The notes: generated by a model from the letters alone, not told the origin. A DNA stretch of 63,894 bases, filler included, from Chiloscyllium plagiosum (GCF_004010195.1; 4 parts of one record of this genome joined end to end with filler, not necessarily neighbours in it); one strand, 5' to 3'; positions 48,714 to 62,510 are shown, counted from the first letter of the whole stretch. Numbers and translations are program-made.

Positions 48714-51066
48714 GTTATCATCCAAGGATAAAACTTCTTTTAGCAACTTTCTATTTAGCTCAAACATTGCCATCATTTTCATCCTCATGGATGTTTATTA
48801 GTAAAGTATTTTGAATTCCACTTTGTTTCATAGCAATCAGTACACCACTTGGTAGCTCAAAGCTACCTCATGAAGTCATGATGTGGGAACCTAGGCATTA
48901 ATCATAATATTCCCAGTGTTCCTTTGTGAATTGTATTTTTTTTTAACCTTCCATCTTTTTGTTTAATGCAAGGAATATCAATTCAAACAAATTTTACAGT
49001 GACATCGTTTTATGCTTTTGTACAAAATTGCATAAATAAGCTTTTATTATTTTATGTTTATTGTTCATTAGTCATGTTGGTTTTTGTTTTTCTGCAGTCA
49101 TCTCCTGCAATAAATTTGATTTATTTATTGCAGGAAATGATTACAGGAAACAAAAGCCAGCATGAATTCCTGTGGGTGCTATGTTTAATAACATTGTAAA
49201 AGTATTTGTGGATTTCTTTTCTGGAATATTTGTGAAAATTGTCCTATTCTCTATTTGTAGAAATAATCCTAAAATAAATGTAACTAAATGAGGAATTGGA
49301 TTTTTCAGGCTTCTGTCATTATGTAAGCATCCAGTCTGATCATCAAACACAGGGTCAAAAATAGCACACTCAAGTGCAAGCACTGTGTACATCTGTGGAT
49401 CCAACCACAGAAGTATATTGCTTCATATGATGCTTTCAAAGCAGCCATTGTGAGACTACACTGTCTGACTTCAATTTCCGCTCACGAAGAACAAGTTTAA
49501 GATTGTCCAATCTTGTTCACTTGGCATAATTTCAAATGTTAATCTTTTTTGAGGGCTGTGAGGAGCATTAATATTTGCCCAGATTTCACCCCTCCCTCAC
49601 CACAAGCATTTACCAGTAGCTAGAATGCCATTTTAAGGAGCCCTGGTTATTCCTTTCAACTGCTAACAGCATTAAGCATGTGCATCAGACGTTTGGCCCT
49701 GATTTTAGTATTTCTGTTAGTCTCCTCCCCTTCCCACTTTGTATTTTGAGTAGGAAATCCTGGCTACCTAAAATTTAAGGCTATTATGAATTGTAATATT
49801 ATTCTATATGATGCAATGCCAATTACTACCAGCTTGTGGTTCACAAAGTTTGCTGACAATCCTCTTTCCTTGTCTAAGTTGGATTACAGGGATAGAGAGG
49901 AGCTATCAGTAAGTTTTAGCAAGAATAGTTCTTGTCTAATATAGATTAGTTTATTGCATGACAGCAATCAGATACAAGTTACATTAGAAATTTAGACATT
50001 ATTACCAAGTCTGTTGGGAGACATGTGGGTCTATCCTGGGATGTACTGTCAAACCCCATGCAAATCCTTATGATGACATCACTTTGGGTGGAGCTTATTG
50101 GGTGGAGTCTCCAACATTAACTTGTTTAGAACTAGTACAACAATACCCTTTATATCGTTAATGATCAACGAGTCAATGTTGTTTCCAATGACGCTCTGCT
50201 CATTATTATGTGTTGGTTGTGAAACAGCATCCAGTTTGATTTATCATAAAACAGTTATTCAACTCTAGCATTACACAACCCTTCAGGGCTTTGTGTATAA
50301 TGATGGTATTATTATTATTGTTTTTCTGTTTACTGCCAGATTTTATATGGAATCGCAGATGTTGTGGACGGTGTTGATGGCTATGAGAAGTTCTCTTGGT
50401 CATAAATTAGGCTTCTGTCACTGATTTATGACATGATAGAAACTCCTATGGTAACTGCTCCTCCCTGGGGATTTCGAACACTGTCTTTGATAATAGGTAA
50501 TTGCTGTAATGTTGGTGTTCTTTAAAACTTCCCTCATACTTGCACTGCCTGTTACTTTTTACAAAAGTGATATACTTGTAACTGTGACCTCTGTTTGACT
50601 TGTGGTTTGAGTTGACAGCTGGTGCATCTGCATTGTGATTACCAATTTAATTTCTGAATTAAAAAGTATATTCACCCCTGCCAAAAAAATTGTAACATAA
50701 TTACCTGGCACTCACATCGTGATTGATAAGTGACTAAACAGTGACAGACCCTTCATGCCAAAGATATATTCCATGAAATATCTCTGAAAACCATGGATCT
50801 TATGACAAGTTTGAGGCATGCTGATGTTGTAATTGTTTGGTGGTGGATCAGATATCGTTTTTAAAAAAAAAACGTTCCAAGGATGAGGAGGTTTCATCAA
50901 CAGAGAATTCCAACCCACGAGCAATTCAGCTACAAAAGTACCAACAGTATGTATGTTAGAGTTGCACTTTCCAGGTTAAGCATTTGCTTAACTATAGATT
51001 AACAATAGAATAATACGAGTAAGCCTGGTAGACAGAGCAGCTCAGGGCACTACAAATAGCCTTCGT

Positions 51067-51427
51067 TGCTGATGAGGATTAATAAAATCATCAGGGGCAT
51101 TGGTAGGGTGCATAGTCAAGGTCTTTTCCCTAGAACAGGGGAGCCTAGAACTATTGGGCATAGGTTTAAGACGAGAGGGAAAAAATTTAACAGGAACCTA
51201 ACAACAACCTTTTCACGCAGGGGGTGGTGTGTGTATAAAATGAGCTGCCGTAGGAAGTGGTGAGGTTGGTATGGTTACAAGGCATCTTGGTGGCTACATG
51301 AATAAGAAGGGTTTAGAGGCATACGGGCTAAATGCTAGCAAATGGGACTAAATTAGGTTAGGATATCTGGTCAGTATGGACGAGTTGGACAGAAGAGTCT
51401 GTTTCCGTGCTGTACATCTCTAAGATT
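51067..51427 (+). mobile_element. CR1 3' fragment
   Basis: KIIRGIGRV..RTIGHRFK; tail same as at ~2100-2205. Confidence 0.85.
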
Positions 51428-52159
51428 GAGTATTATAAGGAGGAATGGTGGCAGCATATATCTACAAAAGATCCTTTCACATCGAGGTGCCAACTTTGTG
51501 TGTAGAACTGAAGCAGTTCTGCATGTCATGAATTGTTGCTTCCATTCCTTTGTCCAATTTAATTGTGTTCCTGAAGCATCTGGATCCTTGAATCTGTCTG
51601 GCATTATAATAACTTGCTAGAACTCTTTGTTTAAATTCAGCTGCTCACTTTGAATTCTGAAAGCTTTTTAAAATTATTTAAATTCTGTAGTTTCAGTTGT
51701 GGTTTCAAATCAATTGCTATAACACTAATTAGATAACATTAAGCTTTAAGAAATATCTTGAAATTATAATTAAATTTCAACTGCTGATAAAGCAATATAA
51801 GATCCTGTAACAAAGCCTTGAATTGTAATTATTTGTATTGTATTGTTTTAAACTTTTGTACAATTTTCTTTTAATGTTTTTTGTTTATTAAATTGCATCT
51901 ATCTATTGTAAAACCATTTCTTCAATAATGCTTCTAAATTTTTGCCTATTTGAAAAGTTCTCAAGTCTTTTGATGAATAAAACCTTTTTTTGCCCCAATA
52001 TAAAAATTTCAGATGACTATTTTGCATAGTTTTATAATTTTTGGTTGGTTTTGTGCCTTTTTTAGCAATATAGAATATTCATGCCATTTCTATTCCATCC
52101 CAAACTGCTTTATTGACTGGTGTTTGCTCGGGATTACCACCATTCGTGACTCCTTGAGT

Positions 52160-52985
52160 ACTGAAGCAGTCCATGTCCCAATGCAGCAAGACTTGGACAG
52201 TATCCAATCTTGGGCTGTGAAGGGGCAATTAACATTTTAAGTCACACAATTGCTAGGCAAGAGAGAATTTAATTTTCACCCCTTGATTTTCAGTGGTATT
52301 ACCATCACTGAATTGCCCAGTATCAATATTTTGGAGGTTACCATTGACCAGAAACTGATCAGAACTCCAATCATCATATAAAAAGTGTGAGTAAAAAAAC
52401 AGGTTAGAGGCTAGGAATCCTACAGCAAGTAGCTCACCTTCCGACTTCTCCAGGATTGTCCACTATCTCCAAGTCAGGAGTGTGATAGAATACTCTCCAC
52501 TTGTCTGCTACAAGCAGCTCCAACAACACTCCAAGTGTGACACCATTGAAAACATAACAGCTCACTCGATTGGCATCGCATTCACAAGCTGTGTCGCTCT
52601 GTTGCTCTGTCTAACTCTGCTCCCCCCCTCCATTCTCTCTCTGTGCCGCCACCCCCAATCTCACTCTCCGCTGCCCCCCACCAACCCCATCAGCAACGAA
52701 CAGCAACAGCAATATATGTGCCTTATACAAGATGTAAAAAAAAATTGTCATGTCTCTGTAGACTGGTACTTTCCAAGTTTATGGCTAGTACCGTCTAGGT
52801 AGCAGACACATGGAAACACTACCTGCAAGTTCACCAGGTCACGCACCGCCATGAATTGGAAATTTATTTCCTGTATTTGCAGTGTCACTGGGTCAAAATC
52901 TTGGAATCCACCACCACTTCAAGGGCAACTAGAAATGGCCAATAAATACAGGTCCAACCAGAGATATTCACATTCCACGGAGGAA
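52160..52985 (+). mobile_element. Degraded LINE 3' fragment (second family)
   Basis: MQQDLDSIQSWA and IEYSPL peptides; tail shared with 17280-17730. Confidence 0.7.
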
Positions 52986-53520
52986 CAAAATACAGCTAAA
53001 ATCATTAATTCTGTCTTATTGCACATTAAATAGTTTGAAGACTGGTTGAACATAGTTTGTTCCCTAGTTAGTTCCAAAGTGTATTGTTCTAAGATACTGC
53101 TCCAATAACCATCTGTGAACCCATTCTTTAGGCTTCCTTTGCCAGTTTGATTCAAACTACATGAGGATTACGATCAGCCACAATTACTTTATTACCTTTC
53201 TTACAAGCCCTAGGCAACGACACCCTCATTCTAATAAATGCATTTTTAAAAATTCTCTGTAAGGCTCCCCGTTCATGACCATTTATTTCTATTTGCAGTA
53301 TCAGTTCATCTTGTTAATCATTCTGTGTGCATTGAGGTAGAGAACCTTCAATTCTGTCTCTCTATCATTTTTCTTACTCTGACCAATTTGCTGTTATGTT
53401 TGCATGCGCTGTTGTCATATGCTGGTGTCTATTGTGCATATTACTAATCTGTACTATTGACTTGTCCTCTTTTTGCCGACAGCCCGAGTTACACAAGTTG
53501 CCAGGACATTATTTGAATTA

Positions 53521-54161
53521 CAGGGGAACCTCGATTATCTGAACTTGATGGGCAGGCAGTATTTTGTTCGGATAATCGATTATTCGATTAATTGATTAAA
53601 TGCCTTTCCTCTGGGGCTCGGGGTTTTTAAAGTGTGCTCCTTGTTCAAGAGACTGCAACAGCACACAGTGCGCGAGGCCCCCCTCCCCACTCCATCCNNN
53701 NNNNNNNNNNNNNNNNNNNNNNNACCCTCCCACCCCCTCTCTGGGGTAGTTGGACTGGGCACCAACAAGACTGCTGCAGTTGCCTTTGTGGGGTAAGTTT
53801 CCAAATAGAGCGCGCGCGCACACACACGCAGTCAAGCTCATGCAGCCCCAGGCCCCCACAAAACCTTTGACTGCAACTTTTTGACAGGTCCCACCTTTGC
53901 CCTGTACAGGAAAATGTTGGAGAGATTATCTGGGAAAGCGGGGGAGGTGTTAGGGTACACCCCTGTCTAGAACTCCAAGGAAAGTATGGGGGAAGAGAGA
54001 GAGAGAGGGCGGGATGTCCGTCATTTGGAGATGGTGCCTGTTTAATCACTGCAAACAAAAGATGCGATCACTGTTGGAAACATGTCTTTGATGTAATGTT
54101 TCCATCGGGGCCTCAAGATCTCCTTCGGCTAATTGGTATTCGGATAATCAAGGTTCCTCTG
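53521..54161. mobile_element. pogo/Tigger-type MITE
   Basis: TA|CAGGGGAACCTCGATTATC ... GGATAATCAAGGTTCCTCTG|TA; same TIR as 35560-36172 but different interior. Confidence 0.85.
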
Positions 54162-54164
54162 TAA

Positions 54165-55570
54165 ACTAAAGCCTATCCAAACCATACAACTTCCTCTTTT
54201 CCCAGCCTCTGCAGACCCCTGTGGTAAAGAATTTAACACATTTACTACCTTCTGAAAGAAGAAATCTCTCATAATTTCTATCTTAAGTGAGTGACCCATT
54301 ACTCTTGAGATTGTGCTGTCCAGTTTGAGACTCTTCCACAGGGAAAGCAACCCATCTACATCTATATTCTCATGGCTGTATCCCTCTATAGAAACTTTGT
54401 GTCATTTTCACCTTTTGTCTTCCTAACTATTTTTTGTGATTTGCAAATTCAGCAAGATTACGTTCACTTTCCTCATTCAAGCTACTAATCTACATTGCGA
54501 ACAATTGTGGCTCCATCAATGATCCTTCTGGCACTCTACCAGTCAAGTTGCCCAGCCTGAAGATGTTCCTCCTATCCAAACTATCTGTCTTCCATCATTT
54601 AACCAATTCTCTATCCATGCTGATATATCACCCCAACACAGTGGACCTTTTACCTTAAGTAGCCTAAATGCGTTTTGGAAGTTCAAATACATTACATTTA
54701 CTGGTTCTTCATTGTCCTGTTGTTACCCACTTGAAGAATTGAATAATAGGTTTGAATAGATAAGCCCTTCATGAACCCATGCTGACTCTGCTTGATTGTA
54801 TGTCCATTTCTAAATGCTCTACTATCACATCTATTACAATAGACCCTAACATTTTTTCTAATTACCAGTGTTAAACTAGTTATCTATTTTTTGTCTCTGT
54901 CCATTTTTGAATAAGGATGTTTTATTAGCAACTTTCAATCCTCTGAAGCTTTTCCAAAATCTAAGGATTCTTTGAAGATTACTGCTACTATTTTGTAGCA
55001 ACCTCCTTTAATGTCCCCGGGATGCAAGCCATCAAATTCAGAAGACTTAATGGTTCTGTATTCTATTTCCCTGGCATTTTTCTGTTGTGATAGTCATTGT
55101 GTTTATTGCCTCCTCTTTTGCCACTTGATTAATTAGTAACGTTAGAATGTTATTAGGGCCGTCTACACATGCCTGCCATTTTCTGGTTCCCTATTATTTA
55201 ATGAAACTCATTCCCTAATGGGCCTATGTTCACTTTACCTTTTTTTAAATATTTACTGTAAAGACGCTCTTGCTATGTGATGTGATTACTTGCTAGCTTA
55301 CGCTTGATGATTTTCTCCCTCTTATAATTTTTTTTTTGATAATCTTCTGTTGGTCTTTTAAATTTTTCCCAACCCTCTAGTTTATCACTAATGTTTACCG
55401 CATTTGTTTTTTTTCCTTTCAATTTGATGCTAGCCTTAACTTTCCTGGTTAATATTGGTTTGCTTACCCCTCCCCTCCCTCCTAGAATCCTTCTTCCTAA
55501 GTGTGATATATCTTCACTGTGAATCATGAACTATTTTCTAAAATGCCAGCCTCTGTTCCCCAAGTGTCTT
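54165..55570 (-). mobile_element. Degraded CR1 LINE
   Basis: Minus peptides GHSLKI..FFFQKVVNVLNSLP and KPILTRKVKASIKLK. Confidence 0.75.
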
Positions 55571-57654
55571 TTCTACTAATATTGGTTTCCTGGTGATTGA
55601 TTTTGGAAAGGCTGTACAGACCATCAACTTGGACATTATGTCATTGTATGGTAGAGTGGGTTTGAACCCACAGCATTCTGCAATTCAAGGGGAGGGTTTT
55701 TTTAAAAAAAGAAATAGCCTGGCTTTGACTGCCAAGGAATGCTCTGTCAGTTAGTAGCTGCATTCGTAAGTCCTAACAAAAGCAGGTGCTATATAGGTGA
55801 ATCACAAAGTGTCAAAATACAGCAGAAGTGCCTCATTTGTACACTTAAGTAAAGCAGAGAACCTTTTGGTTATTTTGGCTTTAGACACAACATTGATTTC
55901 TTGTTTTGTAAGGGGTGTTTCCTACATGATTAACAGGGCCACCATGTGACATCTGAGGTGGCTTTATCAGAGCAAGTTGGGAGGAGGAGGAGACAGTGCT
56001 GAATTCAAATCAAAGAAATTTTTCAATCCACAAAACCCCCAGTAGATAATCTTGCAACTATCCAACAGGATCCTATAAATATTATAGGATCTGAAAAGAA
56101 GAACACACTCTAAACAAGCATGAAGCAGTTTAGTATCTCATGCCTTTTTTTTTGCACTTCTGATGATAGATAAACAAGAGACAGAGGAAGCTACTGTAGA
56201 GGATGAAAGTTGGCAGAGGCCTGACCTGCTTCTGTGCTACAAATTCTAGCTCAGAAGAAACGAGCAATAAACTTTGGAAACAGTGGAACTGTTCTGAATT
56301 GTCTTGTATTCCTGAAAATAGAATTCTAACTCTGATCATCAGTTTTAAATTTTAATGGAAGATGGAGCAAAATTACTAAAAACACAAACTACAAATAATA
56401 TCTGATCAAAATTATAGAAATGCTAAATAAGACCTTTGACTTTGCCCAGTTATTAAAATCAATTCAATTCAAAAGGTGCTGGTTTTTAGTAATGGTAGTG
56501 TAGCACTAATGTTACCAGATTAGTGATACAGGGGGGCAAGTCCTACTGTAGCAGCTGTGGGAATTTGAATTCCTAGAATTGATAAATCTAGAATAGTTTG
56601 TGGGTCTCAATAAATTTGGTAAAATTAAGCAAAGGAACCAATAGTAATTAGGATTTTTGAAAGACTTAAATCTTTTTCATACAACTAGTCTTAAATTATT
56701 TAATGGCAACTTTTATTAGAGATGGACTTGAGATATTTTTAACATGCAAAAATAATTATTTACAGCTACTAATATCTATAATTCACAACTCTTAACTCCA
56801 CAATCACCAGAATGGTTTAGGAGATAGCTCAACTCATATCAAGTACAGTAGTCAGCTAGGGTGTTCCATCTGTTGGATCTGGTTTGTCTGTCTTCTGACA
56901 ATAGCAAGATACTAAAATGCACAGGTTATACTGAATGCATTGAAGCAGTGTAATAATCTATACTGTATTTTCACACACTTCTCTGCTCCTGAGAAACAAT
57001 TGTATCACCTTGTATTGTATATTAACCCCATATTATGGTATAATGGCACAACAGTGTGAATGTTCTATTGAACAGGGTGAGTATAGGCTCAAAACTGATC
57101 TCTGCTTTCCTCAGTATTACTCTGTCATTATACAATATTTTTAAACTATGATCATGCTGCACAATACTGATAGTTTGCATTGGGCCCTGTGACCATTTCA
57201 ATATTATTCCGTGAAGGATGGCACACATTGAAAGTTTACACCTATCCTATAAGGTCAGTCAAAAGACAATCGCAGTATAAAATTCAGCTTCAAAATGGTA
57301 ATGCTAATGGAAAGCAGAGCACTGGAAAAGAAATTAAATCTCTACAGGCGTGGAATGAAACAAGCGATGCAGAAAGTTACGAAACTCTACATGCTCCATT
57401 CTGAAAAGGATTTCAAGTAACATACCTCCGATGTATTATGCCAAGTTGTTTTTAGCTTTTATTTAGATGAATGAACTTCCACTTCTACTTCCACAGCATG
57501 AAGGCATCCCAAGGTGCTTTACATCCAATGGGAGCAGTCCCCCAACAAACAACAATCAGCAAATCTCTCAGAATAACCTGTTTTTAGTGATGTAGATTAA
57601 GGGACAAATGTTTGTACAATCCAAGCCTTAGCTCATATATAATTTATTTTTTTT

Positions 57655-59260
57655 TACAAAATGGTCTGTGAGCATTATTGGCTGGGCCAGGTGGTGGTAA
57701 GTTGCCTTCTTGACCCCTTGTCATCCATCTAATATAGGTAGACCCACAATTCCATTAGGGAGTAAGTTCCAAGATATTGACCGAGCGACAATGAAGAAAC
57801 AGCAATATATTACCAAATCAGGATGGTGTGTGGCTTGGAGGGGAGGCTTTACGTGATGGTGTTCCCATACATCTATTGTCCTTGTCCTTTTGGATAGTGG
57901 AGGTCACAGTTTGGAAAGTACTGTTGGAGAAGGCCAGATGAATTACTGCAGTGCAACTTTATAGATGGTACAGACTGATTCCACTGTGGTTTGATGGTGG
58001 AGGGATTGTGTTAGAGGTAGGGAGTGGTTTGGAGTGCCAATCAAAGTGCTACTTTGCCTTGGATGGTGATATGCTTGAAATGGAACTGTATTGAAAAAAT
58101 AGGAGACCATTCCATACACTGAGACAACTCGGGTCTAAGAATCACAATCATCATCTTTTGTGATAAATGTATCTTCAACTTGGAGAGAGTTTCACTCTGA
58201 TTCTCATTGACCCGAGTTTTGCTAAGGCTCCTTGATGCCACACTTGGTCAAATGCTGATGTCAAAAGCAGCCACTCTTTCCTCTTCAGCTCTTTGGATGA
58301 GTTTTAGACAAGGTTGTAGTAAGCTCAGGAGCTGGGTGACGCTGCCAGAACCCAATCTGATGAACATGTTGCTGAGTAAGTAACACACAGTTTCATTGTC
58401 AATAATATTTTCCATCACTTTGACTGAGAATAAACTGACAGGATGTTAATTGACTAACTTGGGTTTCTCCTTTTGTGTAAGTGGGACATACCTGCGCAAT
58501 TGTTCACTTTAAATAAATACTAGTATTATGTCTGTACAGCATATAGGGGCATAGCCAGTTCTGGGGCAGAGATTTTCAGTATTGTTAACAGAATATACTC
58601 AGGGTCCATAATCTTTACAGTATCCAGTGCTTTCAATTATATATAAATGTCATGTTGTGAAAACTGAGTTGGTTGAAGACTGGCAACTGTGATGCTGGGG
58701 ACCTAGTATTATTCTGTACAGCATATAGGGGCATAGCCAGTTCTGGGGCAGAGATTTTCAGTATTGTTAACAGAATATACTCAGGGTCCATAATCTTTAC
58801 AGTATCCAGTGCTTTCAATTATATATAAATGTCATGTTGTGAAAACTGAGTTGGTTGAAGACTGGCAACTGTGATGCTGGGGACTTCCAGAAGAGGCCGA
58901 GATGGATCATTCACTCAATACCTCTGGTTGAGGATGGATACGGACGCAAATGCTTACGCTTGCCTGATGTACTGGGTTCCGCCATCATTGCAGATGGAGA
59001 TATTTGCTGCAATTATGTCAAGAGTACTCTCCTCCTCCCTGTAGCTGTTTACTTGTCCACCAATATTGATGGCTGAATATGGTGGAAATGCAGAACTTGA
59101 ATCTGATCTGTTGGTTTTGGGGGCCACTTTGCCTTGTTTATTGCATATTTCTTCCACCTTTGGCATGAAAGTAGTCTGTGTGACTGTTTGCCAGGTTGAT
59201 ACCTCATTGTCAGGAGTACGTGCTGCTGCTCTTTCCATGCTTTCTTGCACTCTTCATTGA
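57655..59260 (-). mobile_element. Degraded LINE (CR1/L2-like), mirrored on + at ~59930-61214
   Basis: KALDTVKIMDPEYILLTILKISAPELAMPL (RT N-terminal linker); plus-arm TTGACATCAGCATTTGACCAAGTGTGGCAT (AFD.VWH). Confidence 0.7.
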
Positions 59261-61214
59261 TAACATTTACTTGAATCAGTGTATAGCAACATAGGAGTTA
59301 TAATATTGTAATAATTGTTATAATGTTATAATACATTAATGTAGGGAAATATCTCAAGGCAGTCAAGGAATCTTAACTTTATATGTAGGTTTTGAAAGAA
59401 AAGGCAGATTGGGCAGCAGAGAAATTTCAAGGAAACTCTTGAGCTGAAAGACCAGTTGGTAATGCTTGGTTTGGGATTCCACAAAAGGCCTACATTGAAG
59501 AAATGCAGACTTCTTGGAAGGTCAGCCAAACCATATGTGATTCTGGATCAGTGGTGCTGGAAGAGCACAGCAATTCAGGCAGCATCCAACGAGCACCGTT
59601 GGATGCTGCCTGAATTGCTGTGCTCTTCCAGCACCACTGATCCAGAATCACATATGGTTTGGCTGACCTTCCAAGAAGTCTGCATTTCTTCAATGTAGGC
59701 CTTTTGTGGAATCCCAAACCAAGCATTACCAACTGGTCTTTCAGCTCAAGAGTTTCCTTGAAATTTCTCTGCTGCCCAATCTGCCTTTTCTTTCAAAACC
59801 TACATATAAAGTTAAGATTCCTTGACTGCCTTGAGATATTTCCCTACATTAATGTATTATAACATTATAACAATTATTACAATATTATAACTCCTATGTT
59901 GCTATACACTGATTCAAGTAAATGTTATCAATGAAGAGTGCAAGAAAGCATGGAAAGAGCAGCAGCACGTACTCCTGACAATGAGGTATCAACCTGGCAA
60001 ACAGTCACACAGACTACTTTCATGCCAAAGGTGGAAGAAATATGCAATAAACAAGGCAAAGTGGCCCCCAAAACCAACAGATCAGATTCAAGTTTTGCAT
60101 TTCCACCATATTCAGCCATCAATATTGGTGGACAAGTAAACAGCTACAGGGAGGAGGAGAGTACTCTTGACATAATTGCAGCAAATATCTCCATCTGCAA
60201 TGATGGCGGAACCCAGTACATCAGGCAAGCGTAAGCATTTGCATCCGCATCCATCCTCAACCAGAGGTATTGAGTGAATGATCCATCTCGGCCTCTTCTG
60301 GAAGTCCCCAGCATCACAGTTGCCAGTCTTCAACCAACTCAGTTTTCACAACATGACATTTATATATAATTGAAAGCACTGGATACTGTAAAGATTATGG
60401 ACCCTGAGTATATTCTGTTAACAATACTGAAAATCTCTGCCCCAGAACTGGCTATGCCCCTATATGCTGTACAGACATAATACTAGTATTTATTTAAAGT
60501 GAACAATTGCGCAGGTATGTCCCACTTACACAAGAGGAGAAACCCAAGTTAGTCAATTAACATCCTGTCAGTTTATTCTCAGTCAAAGTGATGGAAAATA
60601 TTATTGACAATGAAACTGTGTGTTACTTACTCAGCAACATGTTCATCAGATTGGGTTCTGGCAGCGTCACCCAGCTCCTGAGCTTACTACAACCTTGTCT
60701 AAAACTCATCCAAAGAGCTGAAGAGGAAAGAGTGGCTGCTTTTGACATCAGCATTTGACCAAGTGTGGCATCAAGGAGCCTTAGCAAAACTCGGGTCAAT
60801 GAGAATCAGAGTGAAACTCTCTCCAAGTTGAAGATACATTTATCACAAAAGATGATGATTGTGATTCTTAGACCCGAGTTGTCTCAGTGTATGGAATGGT
60901 CTCCTATTTTTTCAATACAGTTCCATTTCAAGCATATCACCATCCAAGGCAAAGTAGCACTTTGATTGGCACTCCAAACCACTCCCTACCTCTAACACAA
61001 TCCCTCCACCATCAAACCACAGTGGAATCAGTCTGTACCATCTATAAAGTTGCACTGCAGTAATTCATCTGGCCTTCTCCAACAGTATTTTCCAAACTGT
61101 GACCTCCACTATCCAAAAGGACAAGGACAATAGATGTATGGGAACACCATCACGTAAAGCCTCCCCTCCAAGCCACACACCATCCTGATTTGGTAATATA
61201 TTGCTGTTTCTTCA
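57792..61214. repeat. Giant inverted repeat with 5-nt loop at 59592-59596
   Basis: Mirror ORF pairs whose coordinates sum to 119188; right arm ends at a gap; only a handful of mismatches. Confidence 0.95.
58520..58884 (+). repeat. ~182-bp tandem duplication present only in the left palindrome arm
   Basis: CTAGTATTAT..GATGCTGGGGAC at 58520-58702 and 58703-58884. Confidence 0.92.
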
Positions 61215-61314
61215 NNNNNNNNNNNNNNNNNNNNNNNNNNNNNNNNNNNNNNNNNNNNTTAATTAATTAANNNNNNNNNNNNNNNNNNNNNNNNNNNNNN
61301 NNNNNNNNNNNNNN
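61215..61314. other. Artificial contig spacer with TTAATTAATTAA
   Basis: Linker at 61259-61270. Confidence 0.95.
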
Positions 61315-61600
61315 CCAACAAGGTGACTGCACCTTTCCTATTTCTGACTTCAGCCCATACTACCTCCAAAGGCAGATCCCCCTCGAACTGCCTTTCTGCA
61401 GCCATTATACCATTTATAATTAGCAACACCACACCCCCTCCTTTTTTACCACCCTCCCTAATCTTACTGAAACATCTGTAACCAGGAACCTCCAACAACC
61501 ATTCCTGTCCCTCTTCTATCCACGTTTCCGTGATGGCCACAACATCATAGTCCCAGGTACCGATCCACGCCTTAAGTTCACCGACCTTATTTTTGATACT
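61315..61600 (-). mobile_element. CR1 ORF2 endonuclease N-terminal fragment
   Basis: AITETW..VPGYRCF..REGGKKGGGV peptide. Confidence 0.88.
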
Positions 61601-61601
61601 C

Positions 61602-61732
61602 TAGTGATACAAACTGCACAGAGATGCATGCCACACACTGTAGCATGGCCCCAGTGATACAAACTCCACAGAATACATGCCACACACTGTAGATGGCCCA
61701 GTGATACAAACTCCACAGGATACATGGCACAG
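61602..61732. repeat. ~47-50-bp tandem repeat, ~2.6 copies
   Basis: AGTGATACAAACT at 61603, 61653, 61700. Confidence 0.85.
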
Positions 61733-62175
61733 ACCTTGTTGCAGCCAGGTTAGCACTTCTCTCGAGCTGTCCATTGTGCCATCTGAGGCATTGACCACCT
61801 TGACTCTCTAACTGAGTGGGCATCTGTTCTACAGGACCCTGTGATAGCAGCTTCCCCTACATTGTCAACAGTGCAGCAACTTCTGGAGATGTCCCAGTAG
61901 TAGCACCTCCAAGATAAGGACAACCACTACAAGCAGAGCCAGGTGAGTAGGTTACATCCAGTCCATGTAGGTCAGAAAGGGATCACACTTTCAGTGACTG
62001 AGAGCAGAGGCCACTGTGTTGGGCATACCATTAAGTGGTTCACTGGAACTTGCTCCATGTTGTTCCTCTTGGAATGCACTGTATATATTGTATATGCTGT
62101 ATGTATCACAGGTGATGTACACCAGGCAGTCACCTGTGTAGGGGCTGGGCAACTTCAAGCTTGCAGTGTTCAGGG

Positions 62176-62510
62176 CAGCACTGATACTTCACAGCACCAG
62201 GAACCTGGGTTCGGTTCCACTCACAGATGACTGTCTGTGTGGAGTTTGCACATTCTCCCTGTGTCTGCGTGGGTTTCCTCTGGGTGCTCTGGTTTCCTTC
62301 CACAGTCAAAGATGCGCAGGTTAGAATGGATTGCCCGTGCTAAATTGCCTATAGTGTGCAGGGATATGCAGGCTTGGTGGATTAGCCATGGAAATTGTAG
62401 TATCACAGGGATAGGGTAGGGGGATGGGTCTGGGTGGGATGCTCTTCGGAAGGTCAGTATAGACTCAATGAGCCGAATGGCTTGATCCCACAGTGTAGGG
62501 ATTCTATGAT
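62176..62510 (+). mobile_element. HE1-like V-SINE
   Basis: V-domain GGAGTTTGCACATTCTCCC..GGTTTCCTC..GCTAAATTGCC; tail GATTCTATGA. Confidence 0.85.

Noticed and set aside
58855..60333. Paired identical ORFs on opposite strands
   Set aside because: Produced by the palindrome over decayed LINE sequence; not genes.
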